64,000 nt of DNA from a virus (IMGVR_UViG_3300021256_000076:1-64000), one strand, 5' to 3'. Shown: positions 8,986 to 17,446, numbered from the stretch's first letter. The notes: generated from the sequence alone by a model not told the origin. Numbers and translations: made by a program.

Positions 8986-9297
8986 ATGAAGATATTTAGT
9001 GGTTTAAGATTTTATGATGCCAAGTGGATTCCTACTGGTAAGGAAGGAACTGAGATGAGGGAAGGCATAGTTGTGGCTTCTCAGTATGGTAAATCCATTG
9101 AGTGTACACTTGAAGATAGTACTAAGCATTACATTCCACTCTGGAATGAATTGTCCTATCCCATAGGTACTCATTTCAAAGGATTCAAATGGATTGAAAT
9201 TGGAAGGATTGGCAGAGGAGCAGACAATAAGTTCCATGATGAAGATGTGAAGGATAGTACTGAAAGGTCTTACAGAGTTTCAGAACTTATCCTATAG
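8986..9297 (+). CDS. Divergent member of the MNIFS paralogue family (copy 1)
   Basis: MKIFSGLRFYDAKW..VVASQYGKS..YIPL..YRV. Confidence 0.75.
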   Translation: MKIFSGLRFYDAKWIPTGKEGTEMREGIVVASQYGKSIECTLEDSTKHYIPLWNELSYPIGTHFKGFKWIEIGRIGRGADNKFHDEDVKDSTERSYRVSELIL

Positions 9298-9417
9298 TAT
9301 TACCTGAGTCTATACTCTGGAAACACAATAACAACAACTTAATCCTTTAACAAAAGCCAGTGACTCCTAGAGGCTCTGGGCATTTTATGTGCCCAGTTGT
9401 AAGTGAGTTTTGATATT

Positions 9418-9699
9418 ATGAATATTTTCAGTGCATTGCGTGTTTATGCTGGTAAGTGGAGTGAGAAGGCTACAAGAGATTTTGCTCCTGAGGAAATAGC
9501 AGCTGTAGAACAGGCTAAGGTTGTGGAGAGTCAATATGGATTCTCTGTGTGCTTTACTATGGTTGGTGGAGGACAAACATATATTCCTCTTGATCAGAAC
9601 AGTAGTCTTGGCATTGATGATATTGTAGATCTTACTAAGGCTAAGTTGGTAACTCTTCAGAAGTCTGGAGAGGACGATATATATAGAGTAAGAGCTTAG
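9418..9699 (+). CDS. MNIFS paralogue family, 93 aa, beta-rich (OB-fold-like) (copy 2)
   Basis: MNIFSALRVYAGKW..SQYGFSVCF..GGQTYIPL..DIYRV. Confidence 0.85.
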   Translation: MNIFSALRVYAGKWSEKATRDFAPEEIAAVEQAKVVESQYGFSVCFTMVGGGQTYIPLDQNSSLGIDDIVDLTKAKLVTLQKSGEDDIYRVRA

Positions 9700-9721
9700 T
9701 GCTTTATCTTATTGTATTAAT

Positions 9722-9760
9722 ATGGCTATGGGCTATTCAGCCTGTAGCCATTTCTTTTTT
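9722..9760 (+). terminator. Intrinsic terminator
   Basis: ATGGCTATGGGCT..AGCCTGTAGCCAT followed by T run. Confidence 0.75.
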
Positions 9761-9821
9761 GAGCCATAAGGTAAGAGCAAGATAGCAATTTTTTTAACAG
9801 ATAGAGTAGGTGCAAGCTAAT

Positions 9822-9843
9822 AGACATGCTAATCACTCCTCCT
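9822..9843 (+). repeat. 22-bp motif AGACWKGCTAATCACYCCYCCT, copy 1
   Basis: Also at 10912-10933 and 22565-22586. Confidence 0.75.
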
Positions 9844-9896
9844 ATGCATCTGACCACAGTGGTCATTAGTTATTAACCCTTTAAACAGTAAAAGTT

Positions 9897-10178
9897 ATGA
9901 ATATCTTTTCAGCATTGAGAGTGTATGCAGGTAAGTGGAATGAATCAGCAAAGAGAGTTTTCACCAGTGAGGAGATCTCAGCTGTCCAGTCAGCAACAGT
10001 GGTAGACAGCCAGTATGGGCAGTCTGTCTGCTTTGTGATGGTTGGAGGAGGCCAGACCTACATTCCATTGGACCAGAATTCATCTAAGGCAACTGGGGAT
10101 GAGGTGGATCTAAGCAAGGCAGAGCTTGTAACCCTGTCTAAGCAGGGAGAGGCAGATATCTACAGAGTAAGATGCTAA
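9897..10178 (+). CDS. MNIFS paralogue family, 93 aa (copy 3)
   Basis: Highly similar to copies 2 and 4. Confidence 0.85.
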   Translation: MNIFSALRVYAGKWNESAKRVFTSEEISAVQSATVVDSQYGQSVCFVMVGGGQTYIPLDQNSSKATGDEVDLSKAELVTLSKQGEADIYRVRC

Positions 10179-10196
10179 TAGACATCTTTAATGACA

Positions 10197-10225
10197 AAGG
10201 GCAGTCCTTCGGGGCTGCCTTTTTT
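10197..10225 (+). terminator. Intrinsic terminator
   Basis: GGCAGTCC-TTCG-GGGCTGCC followed by T run. Confidence 0.8.
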
Positions 10226-10279
10226 ATTTTTTATCATAAGGCAAATGCAATAAACCAGGAAATAAAACGTTTATTTGGT

Positions 10280-10441
10280 ATGAAAGACAATGTAAATGGT
10301 AAGCAAGTGGCAGCAGGTTGTCTGTCTATTGTACTGATGGGTGTAGTCATGGTAGCTGACATCCATGTGTTCTTTAAGTTATTACTCTTTGCTCTGTTGT
10401 TCTTTGTAGGAGCAATAGTGACAGGAGCATTTGAGGACTAG
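10280..10441 (+). CDS. Small two-TM membrane protein
   Basis: MKDNVNGKQVAAGCLSIVLMGVV..LLFALLFFVGAIV. Confidence 0.65.
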   Translation: MKDNVNGKQVAAGCLSIVLMGVVMVADIHVFFKLLLFALLFFVGAIVTGAFED

Positions 10442-10477
10442 CCAGAGGGACAATTACTCCCTTTGGCTTTTCTTTTT
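10440..10477 (+). terminator. Intrinsic terminator
   Basis: GCCAGAGGGA..TCCCTTTGGC followed by T run. Confidence 0.7.
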
Positions 10478-10911
10478 CCTCATAAGACAGGAGCAATGAC
10501 TTTCTATCTCTCTCTTATATATAATAAGGTATAGGGAAAGAGGGAGAGACAGGAGGCAGGCATTACTTTTCAATTTAACATTTTAACATTGCAATTATTA
10601 AATATGGCTTGTATTTAACATTTGAATGGATTATAGTTAAAAGGCGTTAACTATACCATCCCACCCTAAATAGTACCCCAATCAGTACACCTACCAAAAC
10701 CGCAGATTTGATTTAAATATACCACTTTCTACCTACCAATATTTCCCACGCTATTATCTGACTTGGACATTTGCCAAAACAATTTAATAGCAAACCTTTA
10801 TACCTATTATGCAATTTTAACCCCAATTGTTTGGAGACATTACATTTTTTTCATACATTGAATATATCTTATTACACCCTATCTACTACCATTTATCTCT
10901 TACCTCCTATC

Positions 10912-10933
10912 AGACTGGCTAATCACTCCCCCT
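10912..10933 (+). repeat. 22-bp motif, copy 2
   Basis: AGACTGGCTAATCACTCCCCCT. Confidence 0.75.
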
Positions 10934-11035
10934 TTGTCTTTGCCTTGGCTTCGGTGTTAGCTGTAATTAGTTACCACTTTATAACCTTGGCTTTAGCAAA
11001 CAACATTTATCATTAACATTTAAAATTTTACAACT

Positions 11036-11317
11036 ATGAACATTTTCAGTTCTCTTCGTGTGTATGCCGGTAAGTGGGCAGTAACTAACAGTCGTGATTT
11101 CTCTCAGGATGAGATTGATGCAGTTGATTCTGCAACAGTAGTAGACTCTCAGTATGGTAGCAGCGTATGCTTCATAATGAAGGGTGGTGGTCAGACATTT
11201 ATTCCTCTGTCTACCAATAGCTCTCTTGCTCTGGGGGATGATGTAGACCTCTCTAAGGCAAAGTTACTTACTCTTCATCGTGATGGTGATGCAGATATCT
11301 ATCGTGTGGAAATCTAA
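11036..11317 (+). CDS. MNIFS paralogue family, 93 aa (copy 4)
   Basis: MNIFSSLRVYAGKW..SQYGSSVCF..GGQTFIPL..DIYRV. Confidence 0.85.
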   Translation: MNIFSSLRVYAGKWAVTNSRDFSQDEIDAVDSATVVDSQYGSSVCFIMKGGGQTFIPLSTNSSLALGDDVDLSKAKLLTLHRDGDADIYRVEI

Positions 11318-11357
11318 CATTACTTTCACATTTTAAAGGATTAGTATTTAAAGGATT

Positions 11358-11404
11358 TAGCCTTTGGAGTGACCTTCGGGTCCTCCATTGGCTATTTCTT
11401 TTTT
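11358..11404 (+). terminator. Intrinsic terminator
   Basis: TAGCC..GGAG.GACC-TTCG-GGTC.CTCC..GGCTA followed by T run. Confidence 0.75.
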
Positions 11405-11695
11405 GGTAATAAAGGTATGAGCAATGGTTATTAACCTCCACTCCCACCTCCCCACAACCTAATCAAGTAATACAATTATGATGTACCTCTTCATCCTATT
11501 CTGCCTATTCATAATGATAGCAGATGAACTAACAAGACAATAATCATTCAACAACTAAACCCTTTGAGATATGTGCAATATACATGGCTCCTATACAGGA
11601 TATGAGAGACCTCCAAGGCTCAAGAGATGGTGGAGGATGTTTTCTGGATGGTTCTACATTAATTTTAACTGGATATTTAAAAAACAATAGATAAT

Positions 11696-11989
11696 ATGGA
11701 AGATAATAAGTTTGAAGGCATTAGCCATGAGTGTGTAAGAAGTGGACAGAAAGGTGCCTATGGTGATCATGAAGCAGTCTATAAGATAACTGTGGAGGAA
11801 GGAAAGGATTATTCAGAAGAGGATATCCTTGACTACTGCTTCACTGTAATATCCAAGTATAAGGTACAGTCCAGGCAGGAATGGGCTCAGGCTTTTGGAG
11901 ATATGGGAAAGTATTTCTCAGGATATTATACTCTCAATGCTACTCCAGGAGGATATATGTATACTAAGGTTTCACCTTATACAGATTAA
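11696..11989 (+). CDS. Hypothetical protein
   Basis: 97-aa ORF. Confidence 0.65.
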   Translation: MEDNKFEGISHECVRSGQKGAYGDHEAVYKITVEEGKDYSEEDILDYCFTVISKYKVQSRQEWAQAFGDMGKYFSGYYTLNATPGGYMYTKVSPYTD

Positions 11990-12155
11990 AAGATGAAAGA
12001 TTTTCTACTACGTCATTATATAGATATACTCTTTTTATTTTGGAGTGCATCTATTGTAATATGGTATAAGTATAACCTAATAACATTTGAGATAGCGGCA
12101 TTATCCCTTTTAATGAATTTAACATACTATCAATTTAACACAAATATACACAATA

Positions 12156-13019
12156 ATGGAAAAAGATAAGATATTCTTTGGGGAGGGAGGGATTACCTCT
12201 ACCTCTGCCAACCACTGTGCAAACGTTGCCAAGGAGATGTACCAGTATCTCCAGAATGAACTGTTCCTGATGAAACTATATACCACTGAGGTATCTCTTA
12301 TTGACTCATCAGAGAAGAAACTTCTGAGGGAAGGCAACAAGGACATTACTTCCATTGAAGAGAAGCTGAATACCATTGCTTCCATGAAGTCTCTGATTGC
12401 GTGGTGCAGGGAGGGAATCTCTGCCAAAGAGAGACTCATCAAAGAAGCATCATCAAAGACCTATAAGGACTTTGGCTTGGAAGTACCAGAGGAGCCTGTA
12501 AGGGAAGAGTATCTCACAGAGGATGCCATCATATCCTCATGGAGCATCAAGCAGAGGAACAGATACTACTATCTGGAAGCTCTGTGTGCTACCATTGGTG
12601 GATATATACATCCTGGCAATCCCTTTGCCAATGAGAGACAGGAGTTCTTGAAGATACTCTCACAGCCTAATGAGCTCAAGGGCAATGGCAGGGATACTCT
12701 GCTATATACCTATACTCCTTCTGTGGCTCCTTCTGATGTAGAGGATACATTCCTTCACTTGCAGCAGGTATACAGAGGCTATCAGGCCGAGCTGAACTCC
12801 ATGAAGTATCAAATTGAGACTGCCCTTCAGGAGGACAAGTCTGTCAAGAATGCCACATATTCCCAGAAAATGAAGGACTATACTAATGAGATGTCTGTCA
12901 TCAATGCAAAACTCAGGGAGTATGTGCATACTGCTACCATGGAGGCCCAGAACCTCAAGATAATCATCCCAGACTCTTTGAAGCCTGTCTTTGACAAGGT
13001 TCAGAAAGCTGGCAAGTAA
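12156..13019 (+). CDS. Coiled-coil-rich conserved phage protein
   Basis: 287-aa ORF with heptad-like helices; followed by a structured RNA. Confidence 0.75.
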   Translation: MEKDKIFFGEGGITSTSANHCANVAKEMYQYLQNELFLMKLYTTEVSLIDSSEKKLLREGNKDITSIEEKLNTIASMKSLIAWCREGISAKERLIKEASSKTYKDFGLEVPEEPVREEYLTEDAIISSWSIKQRNRYYYLEALCATIGGYIHPGNPFANERQEFLKILSQPNELKGNGRDTLLYTYTPSVAPSDVEDTFLHLQQVYRGYQAELNSMKYQIETALQEDKSVKNATYSQKMKDYTNEMSVINAKLREYVHTATMEAQNLKIIIPDSLKPVFDKVQKAGK

Positions 13020-13027
13020 TAATCATA

Positions 13028-13292
13028 CCATGTAAGGGAAGACTGAGGCAGTTGTGCTAAAACTCCCCTGAACAGCAGATGGTGGATGGCTTTTGTTTTA
13101 TTGAAGAATTAGCATTTGATTAATGTATACCTTCCATGTATGACCATGGTTGGTGTCTGTATAGGGGTCTTTAGATAGACTCTTTGAAGCTGGATAAGTG
13201 GAGAGTGCTTTTGCCTTTGTCTCCCTGTGCAGGTCTTTGCTTTTGCTATTGCTTTAGTCTTAGTGCCATTTATTATCTGCTGACATGGTTTT
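13028..13292 (+). ncRNA. Putative structured 3' RNA element with hexamer repeats
   Basis: 18-bp helix 13073-13090/13265-13282 with four G-U pairs; outer helix 13028-13033/13283-13288; T run follows. Confidence 0.65.
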
Positions 13293-13312
13293 TATTTATT
13301 TGCTTATAGTTT

Positions 13313-13633
13313 ATGAAGAAAGAACTATTTGATGCCTACAATAACTGCAAGTCAATCTTTGTAGCAAGGCTCACTGATGCATTGTTAGAGGCAAGCAATA
13401 AGGATTTAAAGGTCTCTTTTAATCCTCACATTGTAGTCAATATGCCAGATGATCCAGAAGATGAGCTATGTGAGACTGTTGAGGATATTACTGATGTAAT
13501 GTATGATGCCAAGGAGGATACCTGATATGTGCATAACTTCATTACCGATAACATCCTTCAGTCAGAGGAATACTATACTCCTCTTAGGGATTTAAGTATG
13601 ACAGAACTCTATAAAATAGCAGAAAAACTATGA
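13313..13633 (+). pseudogene. Hypothetical gene interrupted by in-frame TGA at 13523-13525
   Basis: Frame stays open 35 further codons to a TGA overlapping the next ATG. Confidence 0.55.
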
Positions 13634-13785
13634 TTCTAAAAAGATACCAATATTATAGCAAAGAAGGAATCAAGTGGACAGAGTGGAGTGATTATATGGA
13701 TGATGACTCAAAGCTGGAGTATCTTCAGACAGAAGAGGCTTGGCAACTCAAGCCAAAACTTAAAAATCAGTACAAGATAGTATGA
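13630..13785 (+). CDS. 51-aa hypothetical protein
   Basis: Manual translation MILKRYQYYSKEGIKWTEW...; ATGA overlaps at both ends. Confidence 0.6.
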   Translation: MILKRYQYYSKEGIKWTEWSDYMDDDSKLEYLQTEEAWQLKPKLKNQYKIV

Positions 13786-13987
13786 TTAAGTTCAAAGATA
13801 ACACGGGCTGCTGTGGATGTATGCTGTTGCTTATGTCTGCAGCTGTTACAATAACAATCATTATAGCCTGCTATGTGGCTGTCAGATATTTGTTGAATTT
13901 GGCATAATATTTTTATACAGGACAGGAAGTCAGAAGGTATCTGTTAATTACCATGCAAAGAAGTATGGAACTATCCTGTCCTTTTTT

Positions 13988-14059
13988 GCTCCCATAGTTA
14001 AATGGATATAACAATGCCCTCCTAAGGCATAGTTTCCAGTTCGATTCTGGATGGGAGTA
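13988..14059 (+). tRNA. tRNA-Arg(CCT)
   Basis: Acceptor GCTCCCA/TGGGAGT; anticodon arm ATGCC-CTCCTAA-GGCAT; T arm TCCAG-TTCGATT-CTGGA. Confidence 0.93.
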
Positions 14060-14094
14060 CTACTTATCATATTGTTAAGGGGTTAGTTGTTATG

Positions 14095-14155
14095 AGGCAG
14101 GAAGTCTTGGGAATGGTGGATACATCATTCTATGTTCTTCCTGCCTTTCTTTTTC
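14095..14155 (+). terminator. Terminator-like hairpin downstream of tRNA-Arg
   Basis: AGGCAGGAAG...CTTCCTGCCT followed by T run. Confidence 0.65.
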
Positions 14156-14477
14156 TACCTCTTATACATTCATACATTATTTATAAACCCTTTTAAAACA
14201 TTTCATTATGGCAGAACAAGCTAAAAGACAGGCTATTGAGGACATCAAGGCTGAGTTAGAGAAAAGTGGCAAGTGCTTTCTTGCTTTCAGAAGTAAGCTC
14301 AATCCAGTTATGGAGGAGTTGGTGAATGAACAGATTAATGAACAGATTAAACTAAAGAAGTAGTATGTATTACATTCCAAGCAAGGCAAATTCAGAGTTA
14401 GTGGCTACATGCCTCTTTTGCAAATCTACAAATACTGTGGACTACCGTAGTTATGATAAGTACTACACTAAAAGAAA

Positions 14478-14723
14478 ATGATCAGGTATGGTGAACTTGT
14501 AAAGTACATCAAAGATAATCATGTATCATGGAATACAGACTTGTTTGATGTGCTTAAATGTTTCTTTGAAGAGTATTACTCACCTCCTCCACCCTCGCCC
14601 TCCCCTCACGGTGCATCATATTATCCTTCAGAGGATACTATGATACCACAGAGAAGGGAGTTCAGGGAGCCAGAGAATGGAGAGTATAATACAAATGACC
14701 TATTAAATTTATTTTCAACATGA
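14478..14723 (+). CDS. Hypothetical protein with a Pro-rich linker
   Basis: SPPPPSPSP. Confidence 0.6.
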   Translation: MIRYGELVKYIKDNHVSWNTDLFDVLKCFFEEYYSPPPPSPSPHGASYYPSEDTMIPQRREFREPENGEYNTNDLLNLFST

Positions 14724-14864
14724 AAAATATTATTCTTACTGCAGTCATCTTAGGTATGCTGCTTGCTTTTGTACAATACGCCAATGGTAATGCTCAGTCA
14801 GGGTGCTTCTGGCTACTGATTGGTATTCTATTGTGTGAAATACAGATTTTAATGTTTGACAAGT

Positions 14865-15413
14865 ATGATAGAATTAAATGAAAAGACCCAGCAGGACTTC
14901 CTCAATAGGGAGTGGGTTCAGAGGTTATTGGATGCTGGTGTGGATATGTCTGATGCTAAATATTGTATATGTAAACACATTGATTCCACAGAATTAAAAG
15001 GTGATTATGTGTACTTGAGAGAAGATGAACATAATAATTGTTATACGATTAATGTAATTCCAACTTATACAATATCAGAACTACTCTATAAACTCAATGA
15101 GTGGCCTTCTATAAAGCTTCCTGATGGAACACTTATAGGGGCAAGACTTGATATTTTCAAGGATGCACCATTCTATTTTGCCTGTTATTACTTCAGTAGG
15201 ACAGAAGAGAATGAGGAGTACAGGAAATATGACATGGAGAGTTGTTCTGAATATCCCATAGAAGCTTTGGCGCAATTGCTTATTGCATCTGCCAAGAGTA
15301 ATTTCTACAATTTCAAGTATAGTAAGGACATAAGCAGTGTACGCAGTAGAGTCAACAAAGCTAGAGTTACAGTCAGCTCTCTTGGCTACAAAGAAATCGT
15401 TGGAAGAGGCTAA
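14865..15413 (+). CDS. Hypothetical protein (3' end possibly a deletion junction)
   Basis: ORF overlapping the next ORF by 77 nt. Confidence 0.6.
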   Translation: MIELNEKTQQDFLNREWVQRLLDAGVDMSDAKYCICKHIDSTELKGDYVYLREDEHNNCYTINVIPTYTISELLYKLNEWPSIKLPDGTLIGARLDIFKDAPFYFACYYFSRTEENEEYRKYDMESCSEYPIEALAQLLIASAKSNFYNFKYSKDISSVRSRVNKARVTVSSLGYKEIVGRG

Positions 15414-15558
15414 GAGCCAGCTGAAAGACCTTAAGAGTGACTATCCTATTGACATTGAGGCAATAGTAGAGAAGCAGCTTGAGGTAAGAGACTACACCAA
15501 TGGTATTGAAATTATTGAGTCTCTTCAGAAGGAGTTTGGATTCACTAAGGATAAGTAA
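15337..15558 (+). CDS. Coiled-coil protein, possibly 5'-truncated
   Basis: GTG start inside the upstream ORF; KLELQSALLATKKSL helix. Confidence 0.5.
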   Translation: MYAVESTKLELQSALLATKKSLEEAKSQLKDLKSDYPIDIEAIVEKQLEVRDYTNGIEIIESLQKEFGFTKDK

Positions 15559-15738
15559 CATCCTTATCTCTTTGGAAGTTGCAGGTTACCTGTGTAACTT
15601 TACAACTAAGTAGAAGTTAATGTATCCTTAGAATTCAAAAGAAAAGAAATAAGCCCGTGATGGGTTCCTTACTTAAATTTTTTTTTATTTTTTTGTCATA
15701 AATAATTAATTATCAGTAGCCCACAGCAGTGGGCATTT

Positions 15739-15857
15739 GGGTGGATAGCTCAGTTGGTAGAGCATCTGGTGGAATAAGGCACGGGTAGTGTACATAGCCC
15801 AATAACATACCTTGAGTGTAATTCCAGAAGACAGTGGTTCGAGACCACTTCCATCCC
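15739..15857 (+). ncRNA. tRNA-like RNA with a ~54-nt anticodon-loop region
   Basis: Acceptor GGGTGGA/TCCATCC; D arm TAGCTCAGTTGGTAGAGCA; stem TCTGG/CCAGA; T arm AGTGG-TTCGAGA-CCACT. Confidence 0.8.
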
Positions 15858-15885
15858 CTAAAGTAACAATTAAAAGCAGAGCAAT

Positions 15886-16176
15886 ATGGAATTGAAAGAA
15901 GGAGAGTATTATATTCCCGATGGCTACACAGTCAAAAGGGTTGGTAAGACATTACATGTCTATAAACCAAAGTCAAAAGGATTGATTGAAGGCGACTACA
16001 GATGTAAGGACTGCGTGCATTATGTAGAGGGATATACATCAAACATCAGATGGTATAAATCTATTGTGTGTGATTGTCAGCCAAAACGGGAAGCCAAAGA
16101 TGGCAAGATGCTTTATAAGGCAGCACAGAAATACGGAAAGCCGTGTGATAAATTTGAATTAAAGCAAAGCGTATGA
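15886..16176 (+). CDS. Cys-containing hypothetical protein
   Basis: CKDC..CDC..PCDKF, possible Zn binding. Confidence 0.65.
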   Translation: MELKEGEYYIPDGYTVKRVGKTLHVYKPKSKGLIEGDYRCKDCVHYVEGYTSNIRWYKSIVCDCQPKREAKDGKMLYKAAQKYGKPCDKFELKQSV

Positions 16177-16388
16177 AAAGTATCAAAGAGAAAGCAGAAG
16201 AATACGGACTATTAAATCCAGATATTCATTATGACGCAGATGGAAATACTTATGACGATGTAGACAAGCCGTCTATGGATTTTGAGGCAGGCGCAAACTA
16301 TGTGCTTGATGCTGTTGAAGAATTTATGAAACATAATCTTATACATAGTAGTAATTTAAAACGACTAATTGAACAACTAAAGAAATAA
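16173..16388 (+). CDS. Hypothetical protein
   Basis: KAEEY..DFEAGA motif common in small phage ORFs. Confidence 0.6.
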   Translation: MKSIKEKAEEYGLLNPDIHYDADGNTYDDVDKPSMDFEAGANYVLDAVEEFMKHNLIHSSNLKRLIEQLKK

Positions 16389-16392
16389 GCGT

Positions 16393-16629
16393 ATGAAAAA
16401 GTTTATCCTATTAGCACTTATAGCATTGGTGATGATTGGGTGCGAATATCAAAATTCAGATGATTCCAATGACACATCAAAAACCCCATGGATAGAAACC
16501 ATTACAATAGACAGTTGTGAATACATAAGTGGATTTTATAAGCTTACTCACAAAGGTAACTGCCGTTTCTGCAAGGAACGCAAGCAAAAGGAATTGGAAG
16601 AGTTGGTAATTAAATTAAAGGAGAAATAA
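16393..16629 (+). CDS. Putative lipoprotein
   Basis: MKKFILLALIALVMIG-C lipobox; IDSCEY..THKGNCRFC. Confidence 0.7.
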   Translation: MKKFILLALIALVMIGCEYQNSDDSNDTSKTPWIETITIDSCEYISGFYKLTHKGNCRFCKERKQKELEELVIKLKEK

Positions 16630-16631
16630 CT

Positions 16632-16856
16632 ATGACAAGAGGTGAATTATTACAATATCTGACAAAGGAAGCAGTGAAGTTTAGGGAACATCCAAACTTT
16701 ATTAGCATTAACAAGCATCTTACTGGTATAGACGAAAACAATATGCCAAGTAAGGAGCAAATTGATGGGGTTCTTGTAGCATTTATTAACTATGTTGGAA
16801 TATCACAGTGCATTGACTATGCGTTAAGTTATAAAGACTTTGAAAAGAAGAAATAA
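16632..16856 (+). CDS. Hypothetical protein
   Basis: Packed ORF. Confidence 0.6.
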   Translation: MTRGELLQYLTKEAVKFREHPNFISINKHLTGIDENNMPSKEQIDGVLVAFINYVGISQCIDYALSYKDFEKKK

Positions 16857-16858
16857 CT

Positions 16859-17128
16859 ATGGATAATAAAGATTTTGATACGATTTCCGAAGATACAGCA
16901 CAAGGTCTCTTGGATGCATTTCAAAAATGGAATGAATCTTTAGATGAGTTTGAAAATGTTTGGCAACGTAACTATGGAGTGTTGGTCGATGAGATAAAGT
17001 TGAAATGCGCTGAAAAGCTTATGTTCTATACCGACAAATACGCACAGGCAACATTCCTTACACGGTGGTATTGGAAACGTAAGATGGAAAAATTTATTAA
17101 AGGTATTAATGTATTAAAAGAGTTATGA
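16859..17128 (+). CDS. Hypothetical protein
   Basis: Packed ORF. Confidence 0.6.
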   Translation: MDNKDFDTISEDTAQGLLDAFQKWNESLDEFENVWQRNYGVLVDEIKLKCAEKLMFYTDKYAQATFLTRWYWKRKMEKFIKGINVLKEL

Positions 17129-17286
17129 CTATGAATGAAGAAGCATTAAAACAACTTCTACAATCTGGCTTTGAGAAAGTCAGACCGAAGATTGGTGAGA
17201 TGACTAATCTAATGATGGATTGCTATCAACAGGGGTTTAAAGACTGCTGGAGAGTATTAACAGGCAAAGACTTTTAAATTATATAC

Positions 17287-17446
17287 GAACTTAAAATGTT
17301 GTGATATGAACACAATTATATTAACAATTATAGTAGCATGTTTAATATTTATAGCATGCTCTCTTATTTCAATAGCAAATACATTATGGGGTATTTTACA
17401 AGAACTTAAAAACAAATAATTATGAAAGAACTTAAAATGTTGTGAT
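17287..17446 (+). repeat. 19-bp direct repeat GAACTTAAAATGTTGTGAT flanking a tiny TM ORF
   Basis: Exact copies at 17287-17305 and 17428-17446. Confidence 0.8.

Noticed and set aside
10771-11016. 81-aa ORF
   Set aside because: TTG start, atypical composition, spans the 22-bp regulatory motif
13817-14011. 64-aa ORF
   Set aside because: Runs into tRNA-Arg; a different frame starting near 13782 is more plausible
15765-15830. Group I intron in tRNA
   Set aside because: Insert is far too short for a catalytic core
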